A DNA stretch of 64,000 nt, taken from contig JBBIPC010000010.1 of the NCBI GenBank assembly GCA_037443035.1, positions 44,276 to 108,275 of the forward strand, read 5' to 3'. This document shows positions 30,420 to 40,094 of the stretch, one piece after another. The first letter of the stretch is position 1. Each line of letters begins with the position of its first letter. This stretch comes from Chthonomonadales bacterium (GTDB taxonomy: Bacteria > Armatimonadota > Chthonomonadetes > Chthonomonadales > CAJBBX01). Both the position numbers and the translations under genes were made by a program. Under the pieces are notes generated by a model. It saw only the letters and a list, made by a program, of their open reading frames with translations, was not told the DNA's origin and did no database searches.

Positions 30420-30495
30420 GGAAGGGTGCCCCCAATGTACTGGAACTCCACAGTCGTTCGGATCCGGTTCTCTGTTAGGAACAGACGACCCTGAA

Positions 30496-30511
30496 CGGCG
30501 ACCGGTTTCGG
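30496..30511. promoter_or_regulatory. 16-bp motif CGGCGACCGGTTTCGG, copy 1 (LacI-family operator-like)
   Basis: Exact match to 44127-44142; both copies intergenic; ACCGGT palindromic core. Confidence 0.5.
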
Positions 30512-30521
30512 CAGCCGAGTC

Positions 30522-30551
30522 GTGTTACGAGCAGGCGATTCGTGCTACAAT
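30522..30551 (+). promoter_or_regulatory. NikR-like operator GTGTTAC-N13-GTGCTAC overlapping an extended -10 (TGcTACAAT)
   Basis: Half-sites at 30522-30528 and 30542-30548, 20-bp period; TACAAT at 30546-30551; upstream of FmdE/ECF genes. Confidence 0.55.
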
Positions 30552-30599
30552 ACGGCGTTCCGGCTGGTTGCTGGAAGAAAACTTGGGGGAGAGCACGAA

Positions 30600-31319
30600 A
30601 TGTGTACCAACAAGCAGGCGCTTCGTAGGGGCTTCACGCTCATCGAGCTTCTGGTGGTCATCGCCATCATCGCCATCCTGGCGGCCATTCTGTACCCGGT
30701 CTTTGCCCAGGCGAGGGAGGCTGCACGTAAAACCGTATGCATCTCGAATATGCGGCAGATAGGTACCGCTGTGATGATGTATGTGCAGGACTACGATGAG
30801 TACTATCCCATCCTGAAGTCGGTTCCTAATGATCCGGACGGCACTTCGCTTGTTCCCGTCGTGGTCCAAGGGGCCGCCGCTGGTGACTGGGAAGAGCGTC
30901 TCGTGAGCATTACGAACGTCCTGCAGCCGTACACCAAGAACAATGGCATTTTCATCTGCCCATCGGCGGTCGCTGGTTGCCCCGGACGCACGTTTACCAT
31001 ACCAACCTCGCCGGGAAGCCGTGCCCAATGGAAGCTGACGTACTGGGTGTGGGGGTACAACTTCCCTGGTGTGGCGGGTTTCAGTTACACACCGGGCACG
31101 GCAGCTTACAGCAACTTCTGCATCATGGACGGGCGTAGCATGGCATCGCTGGGTTCGTCGGGAGGTTCGATCTGGCCGCCCGCGGAACAGGTGATCATGA
31201 TTGACCAGCGGATCGAGCTCTCGTCCACCAAAGCGCGGTTCGCCCATCGCGGTGGTGCGGCGCACGTGTTCGCTGACGGGCACGTGAAGTGGCGGAAGCG
31301 CGCTGAGGCGGACGAATAG
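30600..31319 (+). CDS. DUF1559-type prepilin N-terminal cleavage/methylation protein with H-X9-DG motif
   Basis: [59 protein letters not shown]. Confidence 0.92.
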   Translation: MCTNKQALRRGFTLIELLVVIAIIAILAAILYPVFAQAREAARKTVCISNMRQIGTAVMMYVQDYDEYYPILKSVPNDPDGTSLVPVVVQGAAAGDWEERLVSITNVLQPYTKNNGIFICPSAVAGCPGRTFTIPTSPGSRAQWKLTYWVWGYNFPGVAGFSYTPGTAAYSNFCIMDGRSMASLGSSGGSIWPPAEQVIMIDQRIELSSTKARFAHRGGAAHVFADGHVKWRKRAEADE

Positions 31320-31352
31320 GCGACAGGCACAGAACAAAGGGGGCCAGGGGGG

Positions 31353-31772
31353 TTGACAGAGAGCGACTGGCAGGTATTGCGTAGGTTCCATGGCCATCTT
31401 GGGCCGTGGCTGATACTGGGTATCAAGATCGGTCAGGCAGCTCTGGCTGCCGTCAAGGCTCGGAAGCACTTCGGCGTCGAGGTGGTAGCGGCGTGGCCAG
31501 ATGCTCCACCGCCTTCGTGCGCAGTGGACGGTCTGCAGTGGGGCACGGGGGCAACTTATGGCAAGCGAAACCTCCGGCTGGAACCCTCGGAGCGGTTCGA
31601 GGTGCTCGTGCGGAATACCGATACAGGGGAGGCCGTCCGTACCGTGCTCCTGCCAACGACCCCAGGACTGCTCCGGCGACTGCTGGAGGCGTACGGCGAC
31701 GAGGACAGTTCCATGCGTGTATGGGACATGGCGGACGAAGAACTGTATCGGATAGAGCGGATGGCGCAGTGA
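31353..31772 (+). CDS. FmdE family metal-binding protein
   Basis: RFHGHLGP, SCAVDGLQWGTGATYGKRNL. Confidence 0.85.
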   Translation: MTESDWQVLRRFHGHLGPWLILGIKIGQAALAAVKARKHFGVEVVAAWPDAPPPSCAVDGLQWGTGATYGKRNLRLEPSERFEVLVRNTDTGEAVRTVLLPTTPGLLRRLLEAYGDEDSSMRVWDMADEELYRIERMAQ

Positions 31773-31773
31773 G

Positions 31774-32325
31774 ATGAACGCTCAGCCCGACCGTGTCCCC
31801 TCCGTGCAAGATGATCCCATGCTCGCCCGAGCACGGGATCTTGCGGCAGGGGCATTGTTCTGCGCTCTCGGGATTACGGTGCCCATACTCTTTCACGTTA
31901 TGGGCGTGGGGAGGGTCTTCCTCCCCATGCATCTTCCTCTGCTGCTGGGCGGCCTCTTCCTGAGCCCTGGCATGGCACTGCTGGCGGGTTGCGCGACTCC
32001 GTGGGCTTCGATGCTCTTTACGGGCATGCCTCCGCTGCCCATGGCCATCATCATGTCGGCCGAACTCGCTGTCCTGTCTGGCTCGGCCTCGCTGGGGAGG
32101 CGCGCAGGATTGCCGCTCTGGGCTGCCGTGTGGACCGCCATCGCGCTGCGTGTCTTGGTCACCTTCGTGCTCACCACTGCTCTGGCACGAGTGCTGAATC
32201 TGCCTCCAGCAGGTGTTGGTCTCGCGTCGGTTGCGGCAGGCCTCCCAGGCATCATCCTGCAAGCAGTTCTCGTGCCAGCGTCGGCCTATCCGTTCTTCAT
32301 GCGGCGGCCGGCTCAGCGTCCGTAG
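31774..32325 (+). CDS. ECF transporter S component, substrate unknown
   Basis: About 5-6 TMs; FLPMHLP, TGMPP, PGIILQ; lacks the MHI N-terminus of NikM/CbiM. Confidence 0.8.
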   Translation: MNAQPDRVPSVQDDPMLARARDLAAGALFCALGITVPILFHVMGVGRVFLPMHLPLLLGGLFLSPGMALLAGCATPWASMLFTGMPPLPMAIIMSAELAVLSGSASLGRRAGLPLWAAVWTAIALRVLVTFVLTTALARVLNLPPAGVGLASVAAGLPGIILQAVLVPASAYPFFMRRPAQRP

Positions 32326-32336
32326 CGAATCCGATC

Positions 32337-32990
32337 GTGAGCGATCCCCGCGTAAGGGTCTTGCTGAGCGCTGTCTACATTCTATGTGTTGCAGCCTCGC
32401 CGTTTCGACCGTGGGTGCGCATGGCGGCATACACTCTGGTATTGGCCGTGGCCGCAGCCGTATGGCGCGTACCCGCCCGTACGCTGATCGTTCGGTTGGT
32501 ACCCATGGCCGGCCTGGTGGCCGCAGCACTAGCTGGCATGGCTTTCGGCTCCACACCGGAAGTGGCAGTCGGGCTGGCCGTGCGCCTGATACTCATGTCG
32601 GCGGCCGGGGTAGTCGTCAGCCTGTCTTTGCCAGGGACGCTTCTGCTGTCCGGCTTGCGATCTCTCGGCTCGCCAGCCACGCTTGTCACACTGCTGCTGC
32701 TGACAAGCCGGTACCTGCATGTCATCGGCGATGAGGTGCTGCGGGTTCAGCGGGCGTGGCGTTCGCGGGCATTCGGCCGCATTGGCCTGCGCCACGCACT
32801 GAGCCTCGGCCGGGCCGTTGCGGCTCTGACGCGACGATCCGCCGACCGATCCGAACGGATCGCGTGGGCGATGGTCTCTCGGGGATTCAGCGGCCAGATC
32901 CCCTGTCGGTCTCTGCCACCGGTGCGGGGCTTCGATGGCGCCCTGGGAATCCTGGTGGCGGCGTGCTTGGTGAGCATGGCGCTCTGGTAG
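32337..32990 (+). CDS. ECF transporter T component (CbiQ/NikQ/EcfT)
   Basis: DPRV.., TMs, RYLHVI.DE..RV..A..SR, RS.DRSERI..AM.SRGF.G. Confidence 0.85.
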   Translation: MSDPRVRVLLSAVYILCVAASPFRPWVRMAAYTLVLAVAAAVWRVPARTLIVRLVPMAGLVAAALAGMAFGSTPEVAVGLAVRLILMSAAGVVVSLSLPGTLLLSGLRSLGSPATLVTLLLLTSRYLHVIGDEVLRVQRAWRSRAFGRIGLRHALSLGRAVAALTRRSADRSERIAWAMVSRGFSGQIPCRSLPPVRGFDGALGILVAACLVSMALW

Positions 32991-32999
32991 CTCCACCCA

Positions 33000-33737
33000 A
33001 TGCAGCCCGTGCCGCTTCTCATTCGTGACTTGAGTTTCCGCTACCCCAGTGGGCAGCTCGCATTGAATGGTGTCAGTGTTACCATCGCGGCTGGGGAGAG
33101 CGTCGCTGTGATCGGACCCAATGGGGCGGGAAAGTCCACCCTGTTGCTGCATCTGAACGGACTTCTCCGGGGTTCCGGTCGCATTCAGGTTGGCGACACG
33201 GAACTGCGCCGAGAGACACTCGGGGCCGTCAGGCGGCAGGTGGGTCTCGTTTTTCAGGATCCTGACGACCAACTCTTCCTGCCCACGTGTCTGGACGACG
33301 TGGCCTTTGGTCCGCTCAACGAAGGCGCCACCTGGGAAGCAGCCGTGCAGCGATCCATGCAGGCTCTCGCTGCTGTGGGCATGACCGAGCATGCGAATAC
33401 GCCTCCTCACCAGCTCAGCATTGGTCAGCGCAAGCGCGTAGCTCTGGCGACAGTGCTCTCCATGATGCCGTCCCTGATCGCCTTCGACGAGCCATCGGCA
33501 GGTCTGGATCCGTGGGCCCGTCGCCAGCTCATTGGGATCATCCGCCATCTACCACAGACCCGTGTGGTTGCTACGCACGACCTAGCCCTGGCACTGGAAA
33601 CCTGTCGGCGCACCATTCTCATGGATGCTGGAACCATAGTGGCAGATGGTCCGACGGCCGAGATTCTGACGGACACCGACCTTCTGTTGTCTCACCGTAT
33701 GGAGCCGCCTGGATACCGTCCGCCGGCGGCATCCTGA
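33000..33737 (+). CDS. ECF transporter ATPase (CbiO/NikO/EcfA)
   Basis: GPNGAGKST, VFQDPDDQLF, LSIGQRKR, FDEP, ATHD. Confidence 0.92.
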   Translation: MQPVPLLIRDLSFRYPSGQLALNGVSVTIAAGESVAVIGPNGAGKSTLLLHLNGLLRGSGRIQVGDTELRRETLGAVRRQVGLVFQDPDDQLFLPTCLDDVAFGPLNEGATWEAAVQRSMQALAAVGMTEHANTPPHQLSIGQRKRVALATVLSMMPSLIAFDEPSAGLDPWARRQLIGIIRHLPQTRVVATHDLALALETCRRTILMDAGTIVADGPTAEILTDTDLLLSHRMEPPGYRPPAAS

Positions 33738-33750
33738 GAGAGGTATCCCC

Positions 33751-36336
33751 CTAGGGAATCTCCTGCTGGGACGCCGACATACGTACTTCGACGCGACAAG
33801 GAAGGCGCAGCGACCTACGAACGATCTGGCCGCCATAGAGGACTGACACTCCGCGGAGCGCAGGAGCAACGCGGACACTTCCCGTCCCGGTTATGTCCAC
33901 CACGAAGCGACCTGGACCCGTCCGCAAGGAACGGACCTGCACCTTGCCTTCTGCCGGTGCGATGGAAATAGGCAACCGATAGACGTCGAGGACATCGCCG
34001 GGTTGTAGCTTCGCCTGTCCCATGGGGACGACGCCGGTCTTGGTGAACGCCGTGGAGACAGGCTCGGCTGTGTGCTTGCCACCTCGCGACAGGACCGTCG
34101 CCAACGGGAACCCGGTAGCGGGCCAGGGATACGTCAGTGGCGTCTTGACGTCCGCCGGATGGTACAGGCGGATTCTCCAGAGCGGTAGGGGATCCCGGCC
34201 TAGTATCGTGGGCGTCTGCGGCCGTTGGACGGCCTCCGTACCCTTGACAACCTGCATCTGGAAGTGTTCGGCCGTCCGAGGCGCTGGCATGCCAAGGGCG
34301 GCCATGAGCGGACGGTACGCAACGAGGTTGCTCGAGAGTGTGTTGACCCAGAACAGGTTGCCCCTCTGCAGCACGACAGGGATTCTCTCTGGCTTGCCGA
34401 ACGAAGGGGGTGCCCCTCGCGGAGGCCAAGCAGCCCACGCTAGCGCCTGAACTCCGCGCTGCAGATGGAACGACCGGCTGGACGAGTCGAGAGGCATGTC
34501 GGACGCGAAACGGGCCTTGAGCGTTAGCCGCAACGCACCCGTAGAGGAGTCGGTGCCAACGGCCGAGACGGGGAAGCCTGGCACGCCGGTGTTACTGAAC
34601 GAGGCGCGCGGTTTCCACTCGACGGAGGCTATGGGAACCCGATAACCGACGTTGCCGTCTGCGTCTGCGAAGTAGGCGTCCGAAAACTCCGCCCAGAAGT
34701 CCCCTGGGATGTTCGTAGCGTTGACGATCACCACCAGGCCCGTGAACCGGACGACAGGCTTACCCGCGTAGGCGTCCATGACTGCCTTCATGTTCTCCCG
34801 ACGCTCGACCCACTGCCCTCCGCTGGCCTTCCAGTCGAGTGGGCTGTTGTTGTCATGGTTCTCGTAGGAGGTTCCTTGGGCGTCCACTCCCAAGAGCCGT
34901 ACGTGATAGAAGGTGTTGGGTGCATTTCGCACGGAGATGTGGAGATACGGGTAACGATTGGCATCCACATCCACTGGACATTCAGCGCCCACCCACTGAT
35001 TCGCTGGTGGAGGCGGTGTTTTCACGAGTGGCAGCGTGCACGCGCCGCTAGCGAACTGGCGAATCAGGGGACCCGTCGCCGATGCGTTCGGTGTGTAGAA
35101 AACGACCCGTGCCCTGCCGCTCTCAGCGAGTCGTACGAGACGCGCCTCGTCCGCTTCCGTGCGTCGGCTTGTCAGAGCCAGCACGATGGGCCTCTGCGCC
35201 GGAAGTCTCCGTGGGATCGCCCCAACGGCTGCTTGTGCCTGCGGGAAGAGATACCGGAACGCCCCGGTCAGTGCGTGTATCTTTTCCGTGCTTCCCGGTC
35301 TTCGTATCTCTTCGGCATAGAGATCGTCCAGCAGGAGAACTGCAGGAGGTAGGGGCGACTTGGCTGGTTGCCGTAACCTGCGCACGATGGCGGACATGGC
35401 ATCCAGGCGCCAGCGACCCCATGTACGATCGGGAAAAATGTGCTCACCCTCATAGAATTCGTTCCAACCGTAATTGAAGACGAAGCGTGGCGAAGTCCAT
35501 CGAGCGAGCTGGAGGTTCTCCTCGAGGAACCTGGTGTCATACGTGAACGTTCTGGCTGCGCGTCCTCCCACTACAGCGCCAGCGTCGTCGTAGTGGACGA
35601 CGAAGGTGACGGACTGGGCATTGACCTGCCTCTGGCCACCCCACCAACCGAACGAATAGGAGCATATCTCCGGGAAATGCTGGAACGCATAGGTTTGGCA
35701 GAGGGCGCCGCAATCGGTCCAGTAGATGCGCACAGGCCTCGCCAGGGCATGGCGCAGACCGTCGAGCAGTCCTCGGTAGAACCGATCCCAGACTGCCACG
35801 CCTCTGTAGCTCTGATCGAACTGATAGCCGTAGAAGATGAGAGGGATCCGACCGTCGTTCTCGACGAGCCAGAGGTGCTTGGGAACGCGATCGTAGAAGG
35901 AACGGACGTCGCGTATCAGCTCATCGCGAAACGCATCCGTCGGCTTGATGAACGCGGGGCGACCATTGAACCGGATCTCCTGGTCGTAGAACATAGCAAC
36001 CCTAGTTCCCGTCTCTCGCAGTGCAGCAACGCACTCGTTGGACGGTTGCTGGCCGAACCACTCGTAGTGGATGCCGTCGAAGCCGGCTTGGCGTATCATC
36101 CGGAACTGGACCGCGTAGTAGCGCTGGGTTACCCCCACCTCGTTCGGTGACAGACCGACACCCTCCCAGTCAGGCCGGAAGGTGAAAACCCGTTGCATGA
36201 CGTCGTACGATTGCTGGGGCGTGACCCTGTACCAGTCGAAGAAGTGGGTGGTGAACAACTGCGGTTCAGCACGGGGCCCCACAGTCAGCGTCACAAGAAG
36301 CATGGTCGAGAACATGAGTGAGCACGTGCGCCTCAT
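33751..36336 (-). CDS. Secreted multidomain protein with GH99/GH71-like N-terminal barrel
   Basis: Signal peptide; FFDWY, AGFDG, YGWNEFYEG (cf. GH99 NEWHEG); central beta-rich CBM-like insert. Confidence 0.6.
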   Translation of the reverse strand: MRRTCSLMFSTMLLVTLTVGPRAEPQLFTTHFFDWYRVTPQQSYDVMQRVFTFRPDWEGVGLSPNEVGVTQRYYAVQFRMIRQAGFDGIHYEWFGQQPSNECVAALRETGTRVAMFYDQEIRFNGRPAFIKPTDAFRDELIRDVRSFYDRVPKHLWLVENDGRIPLIFYGYQFDQSYRGVAVWDRFYRGLLDGLRHALARPVRIYWTDCGALCQTYAFQHFPEICSYSFGWWGGQRQVNAQSVTFVVHYDDAGAVVGGRAARTFTYDTRFLEENLQLARWTSPRFVFNYGWNEFYEGEHIFPDRTWGRWRLDAMSAIVRRLRQPAKSPLPPAVLLLDDLYAEEIRRPGSTEKIHALTGAFRYLFPQAQAAVGAIPRRLPAQRPIVLALTSRRTEADEARLVRLAESGRARVVFYTPNASATGPLIRQFASGACTLPLVKTPPPPANQWVGAECPVDVDANRYPYLHISVRNAPNTFYHVRLLGVDAQGTSYENHDNNSPLDWKASGGQWVERRENMKAVMDAYAGKPVVRFTGLVVIVNATNIPGDFWAEFSDAYFADADGNVGYRVPIASVEWKPRASFSNTGVPGFPVSAVGTDSSTGALRLTLKARFASDMPLDSSSRSFHLQRGVQALAWAAWPPRGAPPSFGKPERIPVVLQRGNLFWVNTLSSNLVAYRPLMAALGMPAPRTAEHFQMQVVKGTEAVQRPQTPTILGRDPLPLWRIRLYHPADVKTPLTYPWPATGFPLATVLSRGGKHTAEPVSTAFTKTGVVPMGQAKLQPGDVLDVYRLPISIAPAEGKVQVRSLRTGPGRFVVDITGTGSVRVAPALRGVSVLYGGQIVRRSLRLPCRVEVRMSASQQEIP

Positions 36337-36554
36337 CGCCTACCTCCCAGTTCAAGACGTTCGATGTACGCGGCATTGCGAACCCGCGTCGGTCAGTCCC
36401 CATCTGCTGTAGGGACGAGCATCACCTTGTACCAGCATCCATGTTCTGGTGGATGAGCCATGGAATCCTGCAGGAGTTTAGTATTACTGGGGGGAAACCA
36501 TGATCGAAGATCTCGCCAGGAGCATGACAGCGCCAAGACTGTCAGAAAGGAAGC

Positions 36555-38060
36555 ATGCGTATGCATACCCATCACCACTGCGATGGCTGCCTCACACGGA
36601 GGCAGTGCCTGCGGTTCATAGGATCGGCGGCCCTTGCCACGGGTCTGGTTGGAGAGGCCCTCGAACCGGCTTCGGCTAAGACAAAGGCCGTCGCGCCAGG
36701 CGACTACGTACCCGTCGAAAGCCTACGGCCGAAGCCTTCGGTGCGAATCACCATGGCGATCCTCCAGATGCCGCGGCCCTATTGGCTTGGCTGGCCTGGC
36801 ACGACCTACGACCTCGATCGCTTCCAGGCACTCTATCGGAAACAGGCAGCGGAATCAGCCCAGAAGCTGGGCATCACGCTCGACATGGTTGCCGAGCCGG
36901 TGCAGGATGAGGCGGGATATGCGGCGCTGGTCAAGAGGGTGAAGGACCAGAAGCCAGATGCCTTGCAGGTCGTTCTTCAGCACATGAACTGCTGGGGTTG
37001 GGCGGACCGGCTTAGCCGCGACGCCGGCGTGCCGCTGCTCATCTTCTCGCCAATCGGTACATCGTTCACTGGCCATGTCATCGGCATCTCTCGGAGGCCC
37101 GGAGTCTACGTTGCTTCGACGCTCGAATGGCCAGCGGTGGAAGCTGGCTTCCGCATGGTGCGCGCCAAGAGACTGTTCGAAGAGAGTCGCATCCTCTGGA
37201 TTCACGGTGCCAACTACCGTGGCGAGACGGTACTGGATCGCTTGGGCACCAAGGTTCGACAGATACCCAGGGATACGTTCAACAAGTACTTCGATACGGT
37301 ACCGGTTACGGACGAGGTAAAGGACGTCGCTGCGGAAGGCCGTCGTCGGGCGAAGAGAATTGTCGAGCCCACACCTCAGGACTCGCTGAACTCGGCAAGG
37401 GCCTACGTCACGGCCAAGCACCTTCTCCAGCAAGAGAAGGCCAACGCGCTTTCCATGGACTGCCTGGGCATGGTAGGAGCGAAGCTCGTTCCGACTCCGC
37501 CGTGCTTCGCGTGGACGCGACTGCAGGACGAAGGTATCACCGCCGGGTGCGAGGCGGATCTGTTCGGTGCTACATCCCTGATGCTCACCAGCTACCTGCT
37601 TGGTAGGCCGAGTTACATGAACGACCCTGTGGCGGAGACATACAAGAACCTCCTGGTCACGGCCCACTGCACGAGCGGGACGAGGCTTGCCGGGTTCGAC
37701 AAACCGCCGGCACCCTATATCCTCCGGAACCATTCGGAGTCGGCATTGGGCGTCTCGACCCAGGTTCTCTGGCCTGTGGGCGAACCGGTGACGCTCATCC
37801 GGTTCACGAGCCCTGGAGAGATCATCGTGGACACGGGTAAGGTCGTCAGCAATGTCAACACCCCGCCGGCCGGCGGCTGCCGCACGTCTCTGGAGCTTGC
37901 CATGGATGACATCGAGGATTGCCGGGACGTGCTGGGATTCCACCAATGCGTAACTCTGGGCAACCACCGACACGACGTCGAGGGATTCGCCCAACTCTAC
38001 GGCATGCGAATAGTCCACTCGCCGCGACAAGCTCCAGCGGCCTCGGAGGTGGGAGCATGA
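36555..38060 (+). CDS. Tat-signal protein resembling L-fucose/L-arabinose isomerase
   Basis: TRRQCL + hydrophobic helix + ASA; MDCL, PCFA, GCEADL, MNDP, AHCT, GCRT, FHQ. Confidence 0.7.
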   Translation: MRMHTHHHCDGCLTRRQCLRFIGSAALATGLVGEALEPASAKTKAVAPGDYVPVESLRPKPSVRITMAILQMPRPYWLGWPGTTYDLDRFQALYRKQAAESAQKLGITLDMVAEPVQDEAGYAALVKRVKDQKPDALQVVLQHMNCWGWADRLSRDAGVPLLIFSPIGTSFTGHVIGISRRPGVYVASTLEWPAVEAGFRMVRAKRLFEESRILWIHGANYRGETVLDRLGTKVRQIPRDTFNKYFDTVPVTDEVKDVAAEGRRRAKRIVEPTPQDSLNSARAYVTAKHLLQQEKANALSMDCLGMVGAKLVPTPPCFAWTRLQDEGITAGCEADLFGATSLMLTSYLLGRPSYMNDPVAETYKNLLVTAHCTSGTRLAGFDKPPAPYILRNHSESALGVSTQVLWPVGEPVTLIRFTSPGEIIVDTGKVVSNVNTPPAGGCRTSLELAMDDIEDCRDVLGFHQCVTLGNHRHDVEGFAQLYGMRIVHSPRQAPAASEVGA

Positions 38061-39211
38061 GGTCGCACAAGAGAGGAGTAATGGGCTTGCTCGTCGTCGG
38101 ATTGCTGATAGCTCTGCCTGTCCTCCGCGCCAATGCGCAGAGCGTGGAGTTCAGCTCGCCCGCAGCACCGCCGTCGAGGATGGAAGCGGACGGGAGTATC
38201 GTCGAGGACTGGGGGCGTCTGGCGTTCGTTCTGGACGGTGAGGGCATACCCGCCACGGGGAGCGCCAAGGTCTCCTCCGTGAAGCTAGATGGGCTCATTC
38301 CAGCCGCAGCCGCCAGGACGTTGCGTGGGCCACTCGAAGTCGAGACCACTGCCTTCCGGAGCCCTACGTATCCCTCCGGCACGGATGTCGTGACGCTGCG
38401 GATCCGGAATACAAGCTCCGGCGCAGTCAGGGCACACCTCGCCGTGCCTCTGCCCGACGGCGCCCGTGTGGGACGCAGAACCGTCATGTGGGGTGGACGC
38501 GTGATTCTGACGCTGCCCATGCCCGTCGAAGCTGAGGTCCAGCTGCGGGAATGGGGATGCGACGACGACTCCACTCCCATGCCTGGGTGGGCGAGACCCG
38601 ATGTAGAGTGCGATCCAGCCTTCAAGAACATCCGTGCCGGGCTCGACGGTGTGCCCATCGTCTACAAGTTCACTGTTTCTCCAGGGTCGGCCCACGACGT
38701 CGTGTTGGGCTTCTGCGAGAGCCACTGGGAAACCGCTGGCCAGCGCCCCTTCGTCTGCGCCGTCGAAGGATCACCCTCCGTGACGCTGGATCCTCTGGCG
38801 AAGTGGGGACGACACAAGCCCGGCGCACTCTTGTTCAATGCCAAGGATGCCAACGGTGACGGCAAGCTGGTTGTCTCCGTTCTGCCCGGACCTGGTGCTC
38901 CCGATCCGAACCCGATTCTGAATGTGATTTGGATCTTCCCCCCTGGCACGAATCCGAACCTGGAACAAGTGGTGCTGGGACGGCTTAATGGGCTAGCCAC
39001 ACGCATGGTGGACGTGGGTGGTGCGAATGACCAATCCATCTACCTTCCGGGCAAGGTGGAGTACACGCTGACGATCCCTGCAGGGCAGGCGACAGAGCTG
39101 AGCTTTCTGGTGGGAACTGCGGGCGGGAGCGCTCCCATGCCTGGCAAGAGCGGCTGGACCCTGGAGACGCTGCGCAAGGCTGCCTACGACGTGAACCGAG
39201 ACTGGAAGTAA
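38057..39211 (+). CDS. Secreted protein with malectin-like domain
   Basis: Signal peptide ending ANA; VVLGFCE...GQRPF..AVEG, DGKLVV, NPILNVIWI; ATGA-coupled. Confidence 0.65.
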   Translation: MRSHKRGVMGLLVVGLLIALPVLRANAQSVEFSSPAAPPSRMEADGSIVEDWGRLAFVLDGEGIPATGSAKVSSVKLDGLIPAAAARTLRGPLEVETTAFRSPTYPSGTDVVTLRIRNTSSGAVRAHLAVPLPDGARVGRRTVMWGGRVILTLPMPVEAEVQLREWGCDDDSTPMPGWARPDVECDPAFKNIRAGLDGVPIVYKFTVSPGSAHDVVLGFCESHWETAGQRPFVCAVEGSPSVTLDPLAKWGRHKPGALLFNAKDANGDGKLVVSVLPGPGAPDPNPILNVIWIFPPGTNPNLEQVVLGRLNGLATRMVDVGGANDQSIYLPGKVEYTLTIPAGQATELSFLVGTAGGSAPMPGKSGWTLETLRKAAYDVNRDWK

Positions 39212-39257
39212 CGATTCCTAGCTCCGCGGGGTAGCTTCTGCGCGCCTTAGGGCAAAG

Positions 39258-40001
39258 CTACCCCGCACCTCGGCGCTGGAACCGTCCTCGAAGTAGTAAT
39301 CGGTACAGGAAGAGGATCCGGCCGTCCCGGGAAGCGACCTTGACCCGCGGCAGACGAAATGGGTCGCTACCAGCGTGGGCGATGCCGCTACGGACCGTAA
39401 CGGCGCATTCTAGTCCGGCCTTCTTCACGATCTCCGGCGTGCGCTGGTTCAGTTTGCCGTAGGGATACGCGAAAGTCCGCACTCGCGCACCTGTGGCTCC
39501 CGAGAGTTCCTCTGCCCCGACAGCGATCTCTTGCAGCGCCGCTTCGTCGTCGAGCTCCGCGAGGTTGGCGTGGGTCCGAGTGTGCCCGGCTATCTCCCAG
39601 CCGTCCCTGTGGAGCGAACTGAGGTCTCGAGCGTCCATGACCGCCTCCGGAGACCAGCCCTCGATCCCCGGCCAGGCGGCAGTTCCGCCTATGTACCCCG
39701 AAGGGACGAAGACAGTGGCCGGCCAATGGCGCTCGCGCAGTATCGGAGCGGCCTCGGAGAGCACGCAGCGGAATCCGTCATCGAACGTGATGCACACCGG
39801 CTTCCGCGGCAATTCCTTGCGCCGATGCCATCCATCCAGACAGTCGCTCAGTGTGATTCCTGTGTAGCCCAGGGCCGCTAGCATGCGTATATGAAGACGA
39901 AAGCGGGGCGTGGGAACGTTCAGTCGCCGGTCGCCGGGCAAACTCCCGATGAAGCCGACTTTGTGGTACATGAGAATGGGCACAGGTTGCCTCAGGGCCA
40001 T
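39258..40001 (-). CDS. Polysaccharide deacetylase (CE4/NodB)
   Basis: PILMYH, ITFDDG, EIAGHTRTH, FAYPYG, LPRV. Confidence 0.92.
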   Translation of the reverse strand: MALRQPVPILMYHKVGFIGSLPGDRRLNVPTPRFRLHIRMLAALGYTGITLSDCLDGWHRRKELPRKPVCITFDDGFRCVLSEAAPILRERHWPATVFVPSGYIGGTAAWPGIEGWSPEAVMDARDLSSLHRDGWEIAGHTRTHANLAELDDEAALQEIAVGAEELSGATGARVRTFAYPYGKLNQRTPEIVKKAGLECAVTVRSGIAHAGSDPFRLPRVKVASRDGRILFLYRLLLRGRFQRRGAG

Positions 40002-40094
40002 GCTGCAATCCGTGGTGACGTGATGGAGACAGTTTACGCGGAATCCTGGTCCAAGGAGTACGACCGCCGATTGACACCCCGAAAGAGGTTCGGT

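Noticed and set aside
30420..30599. Cobalamin riboswitch upstream of the ECF operon
   Set aside because: No recognisable B12-box elements, and the predicted promoter leaves only a ~45-nt leader
31774..32325. Calling the S component NikM or CbiM
   Set aside because: Lacks the metal-binding MHI N-terminus of those proteins
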